A DNA stretch of 64,000 nucleotides from Euprymna scolopes (Eukaryota), in assembly GCA_053919585.1 (NCBI GenBank), contig CM132786.1. One strand, given 5' to 3'. Positions 62,161-64,000 of this stretch are shown here, piece by piece. Made by a program: the position numbers and the translations under genes. The notes below the pieces were generated by a model. The model was not told where the DNA came from. It made no database searches and saw only the letters and a list, made by a program, of their open reading frames with translations. Each line of letters begins with the position of its first letter. Position 1 is the stretch's first letter.

Positions 62161-64000
62161 AAATCTGCTAGCTGAATAACAAACCTGCTTAAAATATTGA
62201 AAAATAAATAAATAAATAAAAGAATAGAACCTCTTAATGTATCAGAAATTTGGAGGAATTTTTGACACCCCTAACAGAAAACTGCGAATAAAATATTAAA
62301 AAAAAACTCGTAATTTCTCTTTTTAAAGTGAGTTGTTTATTTTCTATATGGAATATACTTTCAAAATAAACTATTAAAGTTGTTTAAAATATAATAGAAA
62401 TATTATTTTTTATTTTTTAAAAAACAGTGTTTACAAAATGTTTACAAAATGCCGGCGTGTCTTCATGCAGCCATTTTTTACGTAATAAAATCAATAGAAT
62501 TTTACGAGTTAAATATTTTTCAATTTTTAAACTTTAAAAATCTATCAAAATCTTTCTATTAGTTCAATTTTTACGATATTTTCAGGGTCAATGTGAAATT
62601 TTATGCTCTTTCCAATAAACTAAATATAATATTTTAGACAAACGTTTTTTTTTTCAAATCCACACCCCCATTTTGAAATGTTTATTAAAATGTTAATAAT
62701 TAATTTATGTGTCAAAGTTTTATATATCATAAATTGAAGATAAAAGTTCAATAAAGAAAATATTCCAATTTAAAACAAAAAAAGAATAGTTTTGTTTTAA
62801 TTTACCTGTAAAGTCCAAAGTCTAAAACATTTTTTTTTTAAAAACACGTTGATTTTTTTTTTAATGAAAGCTCATGTTATGCTTACATCGTCAAGTAAAT
62901 ACCAGACGCTGACGGCAAATTTTTCTATCGTATTAAATATTTTCTTTTTTTATATATTAAAAAAAAATTAGTCGATGAAGAAGTATTAAAATATATCAAT
63001 CAAAAACTCGTATATTTCATTAAAAGATTTTTTTTAATCGACGAAGCGGATTTTTTGTTCTAGGGGAAAAAAGTGAATGTGCGTTTCTTTTTTAACTACG
63101 GAGGATGAAAAATACTAATTTTGGTTAACACACGCAATAAAAAAGAGACATTATTTATGCCCTTGGACAAGACCATACTCCATAAATTTCATTTTAACAG
63201 CAGCTATTTAACGCTTCGTGCAAAACATGTTACAAAAATGCGATTTTCTAGGACCCTCGCTTTAAAAACCCCTTTTATTTAAAAAATAAATGGAATTTAA
63301 AATATAAATACGGATAAATTCTTTAAAATGAAGAATGGAACTACCCATTTAATAATATTTTTTTAGGTAAGTGATTTTTTGGCATTTATATATATACATA
63401 TATTTATAAGCAAGTCAAAATATGTTGATTTTCTTGATATTTTTTTTAAAAGAAAACCGCTTTAAAGAAACAAATATTGCATAATTTGCTATTAGACCTG
63501 TTATTAAAATGAAATTTAGTAAAATGATTAATATCTAGTTGATAACATCTATATGTTAGATTTATCGACGTTAATTTAAAAATTATTTTAGATTTAGAAT
63601 TATAAAATGAAGATCAGCTTGCTTAATTGCTAGCCTGGGCGTTGAAACCATCCATCCGGGTTGTGATTTCCGGTTTTAAAAAAATGCGTCTGCTTACATA
63701 TTTCATGCCGTCCTGTCTTAAGTCTGATATTAAAACCATTGCTGCTATTCAAAGTGTACACAAGGTTAACAGCTTTTTAATGTTTTAACTTCTTTTTACT
63801 TTCCTCACAACTAAATGTAATTTAACCCCGTTGAGTAAAAAAAAAAACTGAATTAAATATAAATATACAATATATGACTATAATCATATTTACTGCTTTT
63901 AGTAGCGCTCATGTTGATTCTAACGAGTTTTTTTTAGGCCTTACTTAAAAAATATTTTCTCTTCAAGAAACTTGATCTAAGTAGTGCTTTTAGTAGGACC

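Overview
This is AT-rich, microsatellite-rich eukaryotic (animal) DNA made almost entirely of transposable-element debris. The 5S-like heads and one interspersed repeat resemble mollusc/octopod sequence, but this assignment is tentative. No intact host protein-coding gene is supportable, and nearly all ORFs in the track are N-run, microsatellite or degraded TE frames. Recognisable retroelements: a decayed Ty3/Gypsy provirus with both LTRs and an ATAAT TSD (38508-42112), CR1-like, RTE, R4/Dong-like and Penelope LINE remnants, and three copies of a 5S-rRNA-derived SINE. Recognisable DNA elements: two adjacent IR/DR Tc1 elements in a (TA)n tract, maT/mariner/rosa-like derivatives, many MITEs, and more than 12 non-autonomous Helitron ends. 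The most striking signal is about 12 type I hammerhead ribozyme motifs from at least 7 unrelated repeat families. Several sit directly behind tRNA-derived Pol III heads and inside Penelope-style inverted/direct repeat structures. One is a 638-bp insertion with a 12-bp TSD and an empty-site paralogue, i.e. a retrozyme-like element. A second pattern is non-autonomous Helitrons carrying tRNA-derived segments, always in the sense orientation. All alignments and folds were done by eye, and boundaries are approximate unless a TSD is given.
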